Below are positions 13,665 through 25,847 of a DNA stretch of 64,000 bases, piece by piece. Made by a program: the position numbers and the translations under genes. Source of the DNA: Hemiscyllium ocellatum (lineage: Eukaryota); NCBI RefSeq assembly GCF_020745735.1, contig NC_083406.1, positions 109,221,164 to 109,285,163 of the forward strand, written 5' to 3'. Numbering within the stretch: position 1 is the first letter of the stretch; each line of letters starts with the position of its first letter. The notes beneath the pieces are model-generated. The model did no database searches, was not told the origin of the DNA, and saw only the letters and a list, made by a program, of their open reading frames with translations.

Positions 13665-14870
13665 TTTTCTGTTCAACCTGTGGGACAGTGGCATTGCTGG
13701 CTGGCCAGCATTTATTGCCCATCCCTACTTGCCCTTGAGAAGATGGTGCTGAGCTGGATTCTCGAACTGCTGCAATCCAAGTGCCATAGGTTAACCTATC
13801 ATATCTTGAAGGAAAGAATTCCAGGATTTTTACCCAACAACAGTGAAGGAACAGCGATATATTTCCAAATCAGGATGGTGAATGGCTTGGAGGGGACCTT
13901 GCAGCTGGTGGCGTTCCCAAGTATCTGTTGCCCTTGTCCTTCTAGGTCCTTCTCGATGGAAGTGCTTATGGGTTTGGAAGGTACTGTCTAAGGATCTTTG
14001 GTGAACTTCTGCAATGCATCTTGTAGATAGTACACACTGCTGCAAGTGAGTGTTGGTGATGGAGGGAATGGATGATTGTGGATATGATCCCAATCAAGTG
14101 CACTGCTTTGTCCTGGATGGTGTCAAACTTTTTGAATGTTGTTGGAGCTGTACCCATCTCGGCCAAGTGAGGAGTATCCCAATACACTACTGACTTCTGC
14201 CTCATAGATGGTGGACAGGCTTTGGGGAATCGAGAGGTGAGTTACATGCTGCAGTATTTCTAGCTTCTGACTTGCTCCTGTAGTCACCATGCTTATTTGG
14301 CAAGTCCAGTTGAGTTTCTGGTCAATGATAACCTGCAGGATGTTGATAGTGATGGTAACACTATTGAAAGTCAAGGGGTGGTGGTTAGATTGTATCTTAT
14401 TGGTGATGGTCATTGCCTGGCATTTGTGTGGTGCGACTGTTACTTGTTACTTGTCAACCAAGCGTGGATATTCTCCAGGACCTGTTGCATTTGAATAGGG
14501 ACTGCTTCAGTATCAGAGGAGTCACAAATGGTGCTGAACATTGTGCAATCATCAGCAAACATCCTACTTCTGACCTTATGATGGAGGGAAGGTCATTGAT
14601 GAAGCAGGTGAAGATGGTTGGCTTAAGACACTAACTTGAAGAACCCCTGCAGAGATATCCTGGCGCTGAGATGACTGACCTCCTATAACTACAACCATCT
14701 TCCTATGTGCCAAGTCTGACTCCAACTAGCAGAGAGTTTGGCTAGGGGAGCGGCAGGTTCTGGAGCACATACCTTGAGTACTATTGCCAAAATGTTATCC
14801 GGGCCCATAGCCTTTGCAGTATCCAGTGCTACCGATATCAAATGGAGTTAATTGAATTAGCTGAAATGCA
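13665..14870 (-). mobile_element. 3' part of the same LINE family, including the 3' tail
   Basis: 14400-14740 aligns with 4395-4730; ends in caagggcaagtagggatgggcaataaatgctggcc. Older fragments near 7935-8130, 8700-9000, 11620-12170, 42970-43065, 48710-48940, 51660-51810. Confidence 0.85.
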
Positions 14871-15036
14871 CCCTAGTATTGTGGAATAAGATACAAAAAG
14901 TAATTTCTTAACAACTGGAAAACCCTACATAAAACTACATTGGATTGCCATTTTAAATGACACCTTTCAAGATGTTATTTAGAAGCTTGTGTATTTTAGT
15001 TCCACACCTTATTATTAAGAAAGTCAATCAAATTAC

Positions 15037-15174
15037 CTGTAAGCAACTGAAAGTTGCCTTTGCCAAAGATGAGTTTGCTGTCTGGAGTTTTTGTAGAAAG
15101 AATAACCTTATCAACAACATGCCAGTTGGGCAGGGTGTTCACAAGAGCAACTGCTTCATCCATCTGAAGGTCAC
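15037..15174 (-). CDS. GTPBP6: GTPBP6 coding exon 2 (SDLQMDEAVALVNTLPNW...LIFGKGNFQLLT)
   Basis: Pyrimidine tract + AAG acceptor, GTAATT donor, 138 nt, phase 1-1; HflX N-terminal 'FGKG' motif. Confidence 0.92.
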
Positions 15175-15897
15175 CTTGTGAAGAAAGAAAGGTCAAAATT
15201 GAAACAGCAGCATCTAAACAGTGAACAATGCTGTAGCGGTTGGTCTGCTATGTTACAGCATTGCCAGAATATGTCAGAGGACAAATGCTGATTTATCATC
15301 TCCTTCATTAAAATATAATAAAACAATGAAAATGTCAATCTATATTTAAAAAAGTGTGAATATGTTTGAAATCTGAAATAAAAAAAGATGATGTTGGAAA
15401 TGTTCAGCAGAAAAGGCAGCATCTGTGGAGGGAGAAACAGTTAATATTCTATCAGAGGTCCCAGACTTGAAATGCTAACTCTGGCTCCCATTTAGACACT
15501 GCTGAGTATTTCCAGCATTTTCTGTTTTAATTTTACAATTCAAAAACCAATCCATATAACAGATCACCAAAAATATTTTTTAAAAATTTAAAGTATTATT
15601 AAAGGAGGGAGTATTTGACAAACTGCAAGGGGCAAGAAAGCCTACAGTTTTGAAGAAAGAAGGAATTTTAGTTGGAGATTACACGATAGGTCAGTGCTGA
15701 TTAATGCACTTGTGCAATAACACAAACAATATTCGACACTAACTTTATAATATGTGCACTGGAGCCCAAACTCATTGAATGTCACAGACCATTTGGCTGC
15801 TTGAGCTCCACAGTTAAGGTCATGCCCTTGCTCACTTCTTTTTAAAATTTAAAACAAGTACCAATTCCTTCTTAAATAATTAATGAACAATGTACTT

Positions 15898-16185
15898 GGG
15901 CGGCACGGTGGCACAGTGGTTAGCACTGCTGCCTCACAGCACTAGAGACCTGGGTTCAATTCTCGACTCAGGCGACTGACTGTGTGGAGTTTGCACGTTC
16001 TCCTTGTGTCTGCGTGGGTTTCCTCCGGGTGCTCCGGTTTCCTCCCACAGTCCAAAGATGTGTGGGTCAGGTGAATTGGCCATGCTAAATTGCCCGTAGT
16101 GTTAGGTTAGGGGTATGGGTGGGTTGCGGGTCGGTGTGGACTTGTTGGGCCGAAGGGCCTGTTTCCACACTGTAAGTAATCTAAT
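15898..16185 (+). mobile_element. HE1-type V-SINE (young)
   Basis: gggcggcacggtggcacagtggttagcactgctgcc head with A/B boxes; V-domain; tail ctgtaagtaatcta. Confidence 0.92.
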
Positions 16186-16224
16186 TTACTTTGCTCCAAA
16201 GCCAGTTTGTTACCGAAAGTAAAT

Positions 16225-17990
16225 TCCACATAGATATACAGCACGGAAACAGACCCTTTTGTCCAACTCATCGATGCCGACAGATATCCCAACATAATCT
16301 AGTCCCATTTGTCAGCATCTATCCCTCCAAACCCTTCCTATTCATATACCCACCCAGATGCCTTTTAAATGTTGCAATTGTGCCAGCCTCCACCACTTCC
16401 TCTGGCAGCTCATTCCATACTCGTACCACTCTCTGCATGAAAAGGTTGCCCGTTAAGTCTATTTTATATCTTTCCCCTCTCACCCTAAACCTATGCCCTC
16501 TAGTACTGGGCTCCCCCACCCCAGAGAAAATACTTTGTCGATTTATTCTATACATGACCCTTTATAAACTTCTATAAGGTTAACCTTCAGCCTCAGATGC
16601 TTCAGGGAAAACAGCTCAAGACTATTCAACTTTCCCTATAGCTCAAATCCTCCAACCCTGGCAACATCCTTGTAAATCTTTTCTGAAGTCTTTCAAGTTT
16701 CACAAATCCTTCTGATAGGAAGGAGACCAAAATTGCACATAGTATTCCAAAGTGGCCCAACCAATGTCCTGTACAGCTGCAACATTACCTCCCAACTCCT
16801 ATGTTCAATTTCCTGACCAATGAAGAAAAGCATGCCAAACTCCTTCTTCACTATGATTCTACTTTCAAGGAACTATGAACCTGCACTCCAAGGTCTCTTT
16901 GTTCAGCAACACTCCTGAGGACCTTACCATTAAGTGTATAACTCCTGCTTAGATTTGCTTTCCCAAATGCAACACCTCACATTTATCTAGATTAAATTCC
17001 ATCTGCCTCTCCTCAGCCCATTAACCCATTTGATCAATCTGAGGTACTTTTTTCGCTAGGAGGAAGTGAGGACTGCAGATGCTGGTGTACCAGAGTTGAA
17101 AAATGTGATGCTGGAAAAACACAGCAGGCCAGGCAGCATCCGAGGAGCAGGAGAATTGACGTTTCGGGCATAAGCCCTTCTTCAGTACTTTTTTCGCTGT
17201 CCAATACACATCCAATTTTAGTGTCATCTGCAAACTTACTAACTATACCTCGTATGTTCACATCCCAGTCATTTATATAAATGACGAAAAGTAGTGGACC
17301 CAGCACCGATCCTTGTGGCACTCCACTGGTTCACAGGCCTCCAGTCTGAAAAACAACCTTCCACTAGCACCCTCTGTCTTCTACCTTTGAGCCAATTCTG
17401 TGTCCAAATGGCTAGTTCTCCCTATATTCTAGGAGATCTAACTTTGCTAACCAATCTCCCATGGGGAACCTTGGTCGAACGGCTTACGAGCAAGTCCATA
17501 TTGATCACATCCATCGCTCTGCCCTCATCAATCCTCTTTGTTACTGCTTAAAAAAAAATCAATCAAGTTCATGAGACCTGATTTCCCATGCAGAAAGCCA
17601 TGTTGACTATCCCTAAACAGTCCTTGCTTCTCCAAATACTTGTAAATCTTCTCCCTCAGGATTCCCTCCAACAACTTGCCCACCACCGACGTCAGGATCA
17701 CTGGCCTATAGTTCCCTGGCTTGTCCTTATCACGCTTCTTAAACAGTGGTACCACTTTAGCCAACCTCCAGGCTTCGACACCTCTCCTGTGACTATCAAT
17801 GATACAAATATCTCAGCAAGGGGCCAACAATCACTTCCTTAGCTTCCCACAGAGTTCTAGGGTATACCTGATCAGATTCTGGGGATTTATCCACCTTTAT
17901 GCATTTCAAGATGTCCAGCATTTTCTCCTCTGTATTATAGATATTTTTCAAGCTGTCACCATCTATTTCGCTACATTCTATATCTTCCAC
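16225..17990 (-). mobile_element. CR1 (HER1-like) LINE RT fragment
   Basis: [42 protein letters not shown] motifs. Confidence 0.93.
17058..17184 (-). mobile_element. Single PLE terminus inserted in a CR1 LINE
   Basis: 14-bp TSD GTACTTTTTTCGCT at 17044-17057 / 17185-17198; begins at the hammerhead CTGAAGA. Confidence 0.88.
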
Positions 17991-18779
17991 ATTTTAATCA
18001 TTTTCTGTGCAAGGAAGAATTTTCTAACATCCCCTTCAATTCTTTTGTGATTTTCTTAAGCTTGTGCCCACTCAATAGTCTGTCATCAGTTAAAACAGTC
18101 GAGCATGATTTATGTATTGAAATCATGAAGTCCTGTAACATGCTTTATCTTTGTAGCTCTAGTGAAAATATGGTCTTTCTTCACTTTAATTTTCACTTCC
18201 ATTCCCTTTTCCTCACACCAGATGGTTCCAGTACTATAAATGAATCATATTTCTTTCCACCATCAACTGTAACTGAATAGGTAAAGTTTCTATTTGATAA
18301 GAATGCTTTCATTTTCATAGTTTATTTTTGCTATTTTCCTTAAAATTTAGGAGCTGGTTTAAATATAGAAATAAACATAATAAATTATAATTTGAACCAC
18401 TGAAGATATCTTATGTTGAAATAAAAATATTAAATAAAAAGATAGCCTAATGATGACCATGTAACCACTGTTGACAGTGGACCAGAAAGGTCTTTACACA
18501 GAAGAGAATCTGTCATCCTTACTTACCTGATCTGGCCTACAAATGACTCCAGCCCCCCGAAATGTGGTTGACTCTTCAGTGTCATCTGGGCAATAAATGT
18601 TAGCCTAGCAAACACCCATAAACAATTTTTAAAAAAATCTATACATAAGACTTTCCATACGTTTTTGTGGAAAGATTAATGAGGCCAACTACCGTTTGGA
18701 AAATAGGTGTTTAGGAATGTGAAGGTAGATAGCTCTGGAGGTACAAATATGCAAATCAATAGAAGGAAACAGTTTGATA

Positions 18780-20430
18780 AGGCAAATTAAAAAGCAAAGC
18801 ACAGGACCAATTTATGGGATGAGATGTTATGCTAAACCCACATAGAAACTTGGTTACTTGGAATACTGGGAGTGTTGGACAGGCTCCCTAATAGTCACCA
18901 AAGTTTGAGAAGAAAGCAATGAGTCGAAGATTAATATCATGAACCTGAATAAAAACAATATGGGCACAATAGCCAAGCTTGTTGAAGCAGACTAACACAC
19001 TATTTTAGGGGATAAATCAATACAGTTAAGGGAAAACTTTAGAGTACTCAAAATTAATATACTCCCATTATAAAGAAAAATTCTAAAGGGAGGACCCAGC
19101 ATCTGTGCTAAACTGAAGAAGCTAAGGAAGCGTCTCTCGCCCATAAGTGTTCAAGGTTTGTGTGAAGATTTGTAGCTCGGGTGTTGGTTGTCACGGTTGT
19201 GGACATGGTCGCCAAGCTGGGATGTTGATTTGCAGACGTTTCGTCCACTGTCTCGGTGACACCTTCAGTGCTTTGGAGCCTCCTTGAAGGGCTGCTGTAC
19301 TGTGTCTTCTGAAATTTATTTGATTCCGTTTCTGCTGCTTCTGGTTGTCCGTTGTAGTGGCCGGTGTATTGAGTCCAGGTCAGTGTGCTTGTTGGTAGAG
19401 TCCGTGTGTGAGTGCCATACTCTTAGAAGGAACAACCAGAACCGGCAAGTGCAAGCAGCAGGAATGGAACTAAATAAATTGCAGAAGACACAGTACAGCA
19501 GTGCTTCACAGGAGGCCCCAAAGCATTGAAGGTGTCACCCAGATACGGGATGAAATGGCTGAAAATCAATTTCCCAGTTCGGCGAACATACCCACAACCA
19601 CAACAAGAAAGGCTTCAAAATTAAGTAAAAAGCATATAATGGCATGAAGATGACTGGCAGATCAGATGATTGGTCAGAATATAAAGAAATGTAGAGATTA
19701 GCTAAATCAGGAGAGAGAGCTTACAGTATAAGAGGAAGGTAGATACGAATGTAAAAACAGATAGTAATGTAACTTTCTACAGGTTTTTAAAAAGGAAAAG
19801 AATCAGTAAAGCTGGCCCTCTACAGAGAATGGGGTGCAAATGGTGGGAGAAATGAACAAATATTTTGCTCCTGCCTTCCCTTAGAGGATATAAGAATCAT
19901 TTAAGCAACTGTTGTAAAAAGAAACTGGAAGCGAGGTTGGAATTTAGCAATATCACAAGTCCCAAGCAATCTGAAGGAACTCTTGGCTGACAAGCCTCTT
20001 GGTCCAGATGGACTTCATCTTAAGATCTTTACAAAGATTGCTAATGAGGTAGTAGATGTACTGATGTTAATTTTCCAAAAATTCCCTAGATTCAGGAAAT
20101 GTTCATCTGACTGGAAAGTAGCAAATATAATTCTTCTTTTTGAGAAGGGAGAGAGACAGCAAACAGGGATTTATATGTAAACAAAAACAGAAATTGTTGG
20201 AAAAGCTCAGCAGATCTGGCAGCATCTGTGGAAAGAAATCAGAGTTAACGTTTTGGGTTAAGTGACCCTTCCACAGAACTATTTCTGATTTACAGTGTCT
20301 GCAGTTCTTTCGGTTTTTATAAACTTTTGTAAATATGATGATATCTGTCACGGGAAAGGTGATAGAATTAATCATGAAGGAGTTAGAGATGTGGACAGAA
20401 AAACGCAAGATAATCAAGTAGAATCAGCCA
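18780..20430 (+). mobile_element. Old CR1 LINE fragment interrupted by PLE hairpins
   Basis: DKPLGPDGLH.KI and DWKVANI..LFEKG motifs; agtagaatcagccatg RT segment. Confidence 0.75.
19150..19605. mobile_element. Poseidon-type PLE inverted terminal-repeat hairpin (diverged)
   Basis: gaagatttgtagctcgg tail shared with the 47851 and 59928 elements; inverted arms with degenerate hammerheads. Confidence 0.82.
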
Positions 20431-20440
20431 TGTTTCATCA

Positions 20441-21330
20441 AAATTGAGAGTGTGGTGCTGGAAAAACACAGCAGGTCCCTGAGGTGATGAGGTTATGTGC
20501 GGTTTGGGAGATGATGGTTTGGTGATGGGAGGTGAGGTCGTGGTCAAGAGGGCGGTAGGAGGAGTGTCTTCAAGTTGACAGCTGGCTTCAGCCGTGTAGA
20601 GGTCAGTGCGCCGAACTACCACTGCACCATCCTCCAACGCCGTCCGCTGGTTTGATGGTGAGGTTGGGGTTGGAGCAGAGGGATTGGAGGGGTGCGTGTT
20701 GTTAGGGTGAGAGGTTGGAGTGGATCAGGAGAGTGGACAGGTTGAGGCAGTCAATGTCCCGGCGGCAGTTGGAAATAAAGAGGTCAAAGGCAGGTAACAG
20801 ACCAGCATAGGGTGTCCAGGTGGATTGGATGCAAGTTTCACCAGCACTTCCGCACGTCATTTACCATATCCGTTGTTCCCGATACGGTCTCCTCTATGTT
20901 GGGGAGACAGGATGCCTCCTAGCAGAGCGCTTCAGAGAACATCTCTGGGATACTCGCACCAACCAAGCACACAGCCCCGTGGCCGAACACTTCAACTCCT
21001 GTCCCCACTCTGCCAAGGACTTGCAGGTCCTGGGCCTCCTCCATCGTCACTCCCTAACAACCCAACACCTGGAGGAAGAACGCCTCATCTTCTGCCTCAG
21101 GACCCTCCAATCCCATGGCATCAATGTTGATTTCACCAGTTTCCTCATTTCCCCTCACCCCACCTTACCCCAGTAGCAACCTTCCAGCTCAGCACCATCC
21201 TCATGACCTGTCCCATCTGTCCATCTTCCTTCCCACCTATCCACTCCACACTCCCCTCTGACCTATCACCTTTACCCCCACCTCCATCCACCTCTTGCAC
21301 TCTCAGCTATAAGTGTCCTGACGAACAGCT
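20441..21330. mobile_element. Rearranged Neptune-type PLE fragment (inverted 5' piece + GIY-YIG domain on +)
   Basis: ORF 20820-21176 HVIYHIRCSRYGLLYVGETG...ERFREHL; terminal-repeat piece at 20441-20475. Confidence 0.85.
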
Positions 21331-21907
21331 TATGCTTACACAAGCTACTGCTTACAATTTAGGTCAATGATTTCGATGTCAGATCTGATGAAGTATCATT
21401 TCAGATTTGAGATGCTAACCCTGTTTCTCTTTCCACAGATATTTCCAGTCCTGCTGATTTTTTTGTTTTCATTTCAAACTTCCAGCAACCACATTATTTT
21501 GCTTTTATTTGAGTGGGTAGTTTCTTGTTGGGTGGGGGAATCAAGGCTTATGGAGATAGATGAGAAGGTATAATCTGAAATACAAACAAATCAGGAATGA
21601 TCTTACTGAATGGTGAACCAGGTCTGAGAGGTGAATAGTCTACTTATTTAATTTAAGCCTGTTGTTATATTTAGGTCAGAATAGTAAAGATAGCAGAATT
21701 AGGTGGATGTTTATGTAATTCTGTTACACAGTCCTCGTCGTTATTACTAACTGTTTATTTAATTAAAATTCTCCAGTTATGATGTAGTGATTTGAACTGA
21801 TATCACTAAGTCATTATCCAGGCTATAGCATTACATAACCACTAACATACTACTATGATATCGTTCCCACATAATATACTGAAATGTAGTTTACATTAGT
21901 TACTCAC

Positions 21908-22361
21908 TTGTTGTGAGATGCTGTTTCTTTTCTCCCCATTTTACATTTGGATGCACAATAAATATCCTATGGCCTCCTTCAGGAACAGGATATATTTGTT
22001 CTTCAAATAACTGTTCAAGTTCAGCATCTGCTAATTCATATTCATCTTCTGATAGGACCTCATCATTTTCCATGGTTGGTTTTCCACTTCTTGAAGGCTT
22101 TCTGGTATTGATACCTTTTCTATTATTTGAATAACATTTGCTTGTGCTCAAACACCGAAAGTCATAGCATGATATATTTCCACGAGAATTACTTTCCTCT
22201 AAATTACTAGAAACCTTTCTGCTCTTCAGAGGCAGCTTTGGATGAAAATACAAGAATTTTGGGATCTGTGTACCTGCTGCTGAGAAGCATCTTTTCCGAG
22301 GTGGTAGACTTTTCAGGGCATGCAGTAAAAACATTTTCGACATATTCCTCAGTAACACCAT
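21908..22361 (-). CDS. GTPBP6: GTPBP6 first coding exon (basic, presequence-like N-terminus to ...HRIFIVHPNVKWGEKKQHLTT)
   Basis: First ATG at 22361; acceptor ttttcccattaacAG before 22418; donor GTGAGT at 21907; 454 nt, phase 1. The HPxVKWG motif is typical of GTPBP6. Later in-frame Mets could be the true start. Confidence 0.85.
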
Positions 22362-22869
22362 AACTGCAACCCTAAACCACACAAGTCAGATCTAGGAGTT
22401 GTATCACTTCAAGACCAACTGTTAATGGGAAAATTAAAGAACACATTCAGGTGACACCTTCCAGCTGATCCTTACTCAGTTTGGTGCCACATGTTGCATT
22501 AACAATAAAAAAATAACAGTGACTAAAAGAGATCTTGGATACCCAGTAAATGTGGCTGCAGGGTTCTGATCCTTATGAAGCTTCCCACAAGGACACTTTC
22601 AAAACTTATGCGTTTAATTCAGCTACGTTTAACTCCACCTCCGATTGAAAACTTTAACGATGCAACATTTCAGAAACTAAAACCCTGCATGAACTCCCCT
22701 TATTTTAGTTTCCCCGGCGGAATGATAGGACTGTAACACACGCCTTACTCCTTTAAAAAAAACTGAATTTATTTTTAAAAGTTTTAACTCGATCCATGTA
22801 GTTAATCTTAAAGGTATATATATATTTTTTGTGGCGATGAAATGTGATTTTGGTTTCCGAATAAGGAGC

Positions 22870-23120
22870 TGGTTTCCAGTGTGACCCGAAGGTGACCCGG
22901 TGTCACACGGATTCGGGTCCGGGTTGCGGTTGTCCTGGTGACAATGGCAGCTGTGGGGCGGACGGAACCGCTGCGGAAGCCGTGCACTTACCAGCGGCGC
23001 TTCAGAGGTAGGGAGGCCCAGGTAGATACTTGCAGTGGTGTTTGTAGATGCAAAATGAATTATATCTCGTCACATCCATGCACTAGCCCAAGGCAACCCA
23101 GAGGCGGGAGATGCTCGGTG
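22870..23120. promoter_or_regulatory. GC/CpG-rich bidirectional promoter region for GTPBP6 and the uncharacterised gene
   Basis: Local CpG cluster between two divergent genes; RFX X-box-like GTTGTCCTGGTGAC (about 22929-22942); ETS-like GCGGAAG; - strand donor CTG|GTAAGT at 22991. Confidence 0.65.
22944..23007 (+). CDS. Uncharacterised 261-aa gene, exon 1 (MAAVGRTEPLRKPCTYQRRFR)
   Basis: Good Kozak acaATGG in a GC-rich island; donor GAG|GTAGGG; 64 nt, phase 1, matching the phase-1 start of exon 2. Confidence 0.7.
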
Positions 23121-23129
23121 TAATAACTA

Positions 23130-25198
23130 GTCACGACCCCACCTCCCACCGCCAAACCATCACCCCCCCCCCAGACCATCCAGGACCTCATCACCTCAGG
23201 GCATCTCCCACCCACCGCCTCCAACCTCATAGTCCCACAACCCCGCACCGCCCGTTTCTACCTCCTGCCCAAAATCCACAAACCTGCCTGCCCCGGCCGA
23301 CCCATTGTCTCAGCCTGCTCCTGCCCCACCGAACTCATCTCCCAATACCTCGACACGGTCCTGTCCCCTTTAGTCCAAGAACTCCCCACCTACGTTCGGG
23401 ACACCACCCACGCCCTCCACCTCCTCCATGATTTTCGCTTCCCCTGCCCTTATCTTCACCATGGACGTCCAGTCCCTGTACACCTCCATCCCCCATCACG
23501 AAGGACTCAAAGCCCTCCACTTCTTCCTTTTCTGCCGAACCAACCAGTACCCTTCCACTGACACCCTCCTTCGACTGACTAAACTGGTCCTCAGCCTGAA
23601 CAACTTCTCTTTCCAATCCTCCCACTTCCTCCAAACCAAAGGAGTAGCCATGGGCACCCGCATGGGCCACAGCTATGCCTGCCTCTTCGTAGGATATGTG
23701 GAACAGTCCATCTTCCGCAACTACACTGGCACTACCCCCCACCTTTTCCTCCACTATGTCGATGACTATATCGGCGCTACCTCATGCTCCCACGAGGAGG
23801 TTGAACAGTTCATCCACTTTACTAACACCTTCCACCCCGACCTCAAATTTACCTAGACAGTCTCAGACTCCTCCCTCCCCTTCCTAGACCTCTCCATTTC
23901 TATCTCAGGCGACCGAATTAACACGGACATTTACTATAAGCCGACCGACTCCCACAACTACCTAGACTACACCTCCTCCCACCCTGTCCCCTGTAAAAAC
24001 GCCATCCCATATTTCCAATTCCTTCGTCTCTGCCGCATCTGCTTCCAGGAGGACTAGTTCCAAGACTGCACAACCCAGATGGCCTCCTCCTTCAAAGACC
24101 GCAATTTCCCCCCAGACGTGATCGAAGATGCTCTCCACCGCATCTCCTCCACTTCCCGCTCCTCTGACCTTGAGTCCCGCCCCTCCAATCGCTAGCAGGA
24201 CAGAACCCCACTGGTCCTCACCTACCAGCCCACCCATCTCCATATACATCATATCATCCTTCATCATTTCCGCCACCTCCAAACGGACCCCACCACCAGG
24301 GATATATTTCCCTCCCCTCCCCTCCCCTATTAGCGTCCCAAAAAGACCACTCCCTCTGTGACTCCCTTGTCAGATCCACACCCCCCACCAACTCAACTTC
24401 CACTCCCGGCACCTTCCCCTTCAACCTCAAGAAATGCAAACCTTGCACCCACCCCCCCACCCCCCCACCCCCCCACCTCCCCCCCCCCCCCACCCCCCCA
24501 CCTCCCCCCCACCCCCCCACCTCCCCCCCCCCCCCCCACCTTACTTCCTTCCAAGGCCCCAAGGGATCCTTCCATATCCACCACAAATTCACCTGCACCT
24601 TCACACACATCATTTACTGCATCCGCTGCACCTGATGTGGCCTCCTCTATATTGGGGAGACAGGCCGCCTACTTGCGGAACGTTTCAGAGAACATCTCTG
24701 GGACACCTGGACCAACCAACCCAACCACCCTGTGGCTCAACATTTCAACTCCCCCTTCCATTCCACCAAGGACATGCAGGTCCTTGGATTCCTCCACTGC
24801 CAGACCATAGCAACACGACAGCTGGAGGAAGAGCGCCTCATCTTCCGCCTAGGAACCCTCCAACCACAAGGGATGAACTCAGATTTCTCCAGTTTCCTCA
24901 TTTCCCTTCCCCCCACCTTGTCTCAGTCCCAACCCTCGACCTCAGCACCACTTCCTAACCTGCAATCTTCTTCCTGACCTCTCCGCCCGCGCCCCCACCC
25001 CGGCCTATCACCCTCACCTTAACCTCCTTCCACCTATCGCATTTTCAATGCCCCTCCCCCAAGTCATTCCTCCCTACCTTTTATCTTAGCCTGCTTGGCA
25101 CACTCCTCATTCCTGAAGAAGGGCTCATGCCCGAAACGTCGATTCTTGCTCCTTGGATGCTGCCTGACCTGCTGCGCTTTTCCAGCAACACATTTTCA
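23130..25198 (+). mobile_element. 5'-truncated Penelope-like retroelement (Neptune-type): RT + GIY-YIG endonuclease + terminal repeat with hammerhead
   Basis: RT motifs [25 protein letters not shown]; GIY-YIG-like IYCIRC..C.LLYIGETG..L.ERFREH; a few stops and frameshifts; TSD GTAATAACTA at 23120-23129 / 25199-25208. Confidence 0.92.
25109..25144 (+). ncRNA. Minimal type I hammerhead ribozyme motif in PLE terminal repeat
   Basis: CTGAAGA - stem II A/GGGC-TCAT-GCCC - GAAA-CG-TC; predicted cleavage after 25140; stem I is short and imperfect. Confidence 0.7.
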
Positions 25199-25847
25199 GT
25201 AATAACTAATCGTGTCAATAAATTGACTAATATGTTGAACTATAATTATTATTGTTGAATTATAGTGGTGCTGTACTCACAAATTTTATGAGAGCGAGCG
25301 AGAGAGCCATATACTGTGGGTCTGTTGATGTCTGTCACTTTAGTTCTTCATTACCTTCTCAATTAAGAATGAATTCCTTCTTAAGATGCCAGTGTTTCAT
25401 AGAACAGAAAGGAATTCACCTGAGATTTATCCCCTAAAACCACTAAATCAGTGCTTCTGTCATGGCTTCCTTTTCCCCTAAACCAATAACTTCCCCATCC
25501 AATGTCCCTCACCTTCCACCCTAGCAGGCTTTTCTTTAGTGCAGTAATGAGGGAGTGCCATGCTGTCAGAGGTGCTGCTTGCTGTTCCCAGTGAATGCAA
25601 AGTAATCCTACATCATTACAGTTACAACAGCTCTCTCATTCTGCTCTCTCAGGGATGTTATCTTTCAAGCTAACCTATGCCCTATCCCACTCCATTGGTA
25701 AAAAGGATCTTATCATTATGCCGCAGTTGATTGTATCCCACTTAACCTCCTTCGATCTATGCCTGCATGTAACCTAAATAGTTGGGAAAGCCAATGGACA
25801 GCTAAACACAGAGATAGATGTGCTAGTATATTATTGAAAAAGTATGT

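Noticed and set aside
15175-15177. AAG splice acceptor of GTPBP6 coding exon 2
   Set aside because: Less common than YAG but well within normal usage; strong pyrimidine tract.
15898-15970. tRNA gene
   Set aside because: The A/B boxes belong to an HE1 SINE head that continues into the V-domain; the same applies to the other copies and to the head fragment near 63195-63265.
24254-24958. Long Pro- or Gly-rich ORFs (150-174 aa)
   Set aside because: Alternative frames over the C-run expansion within the PLE; not independent genes.
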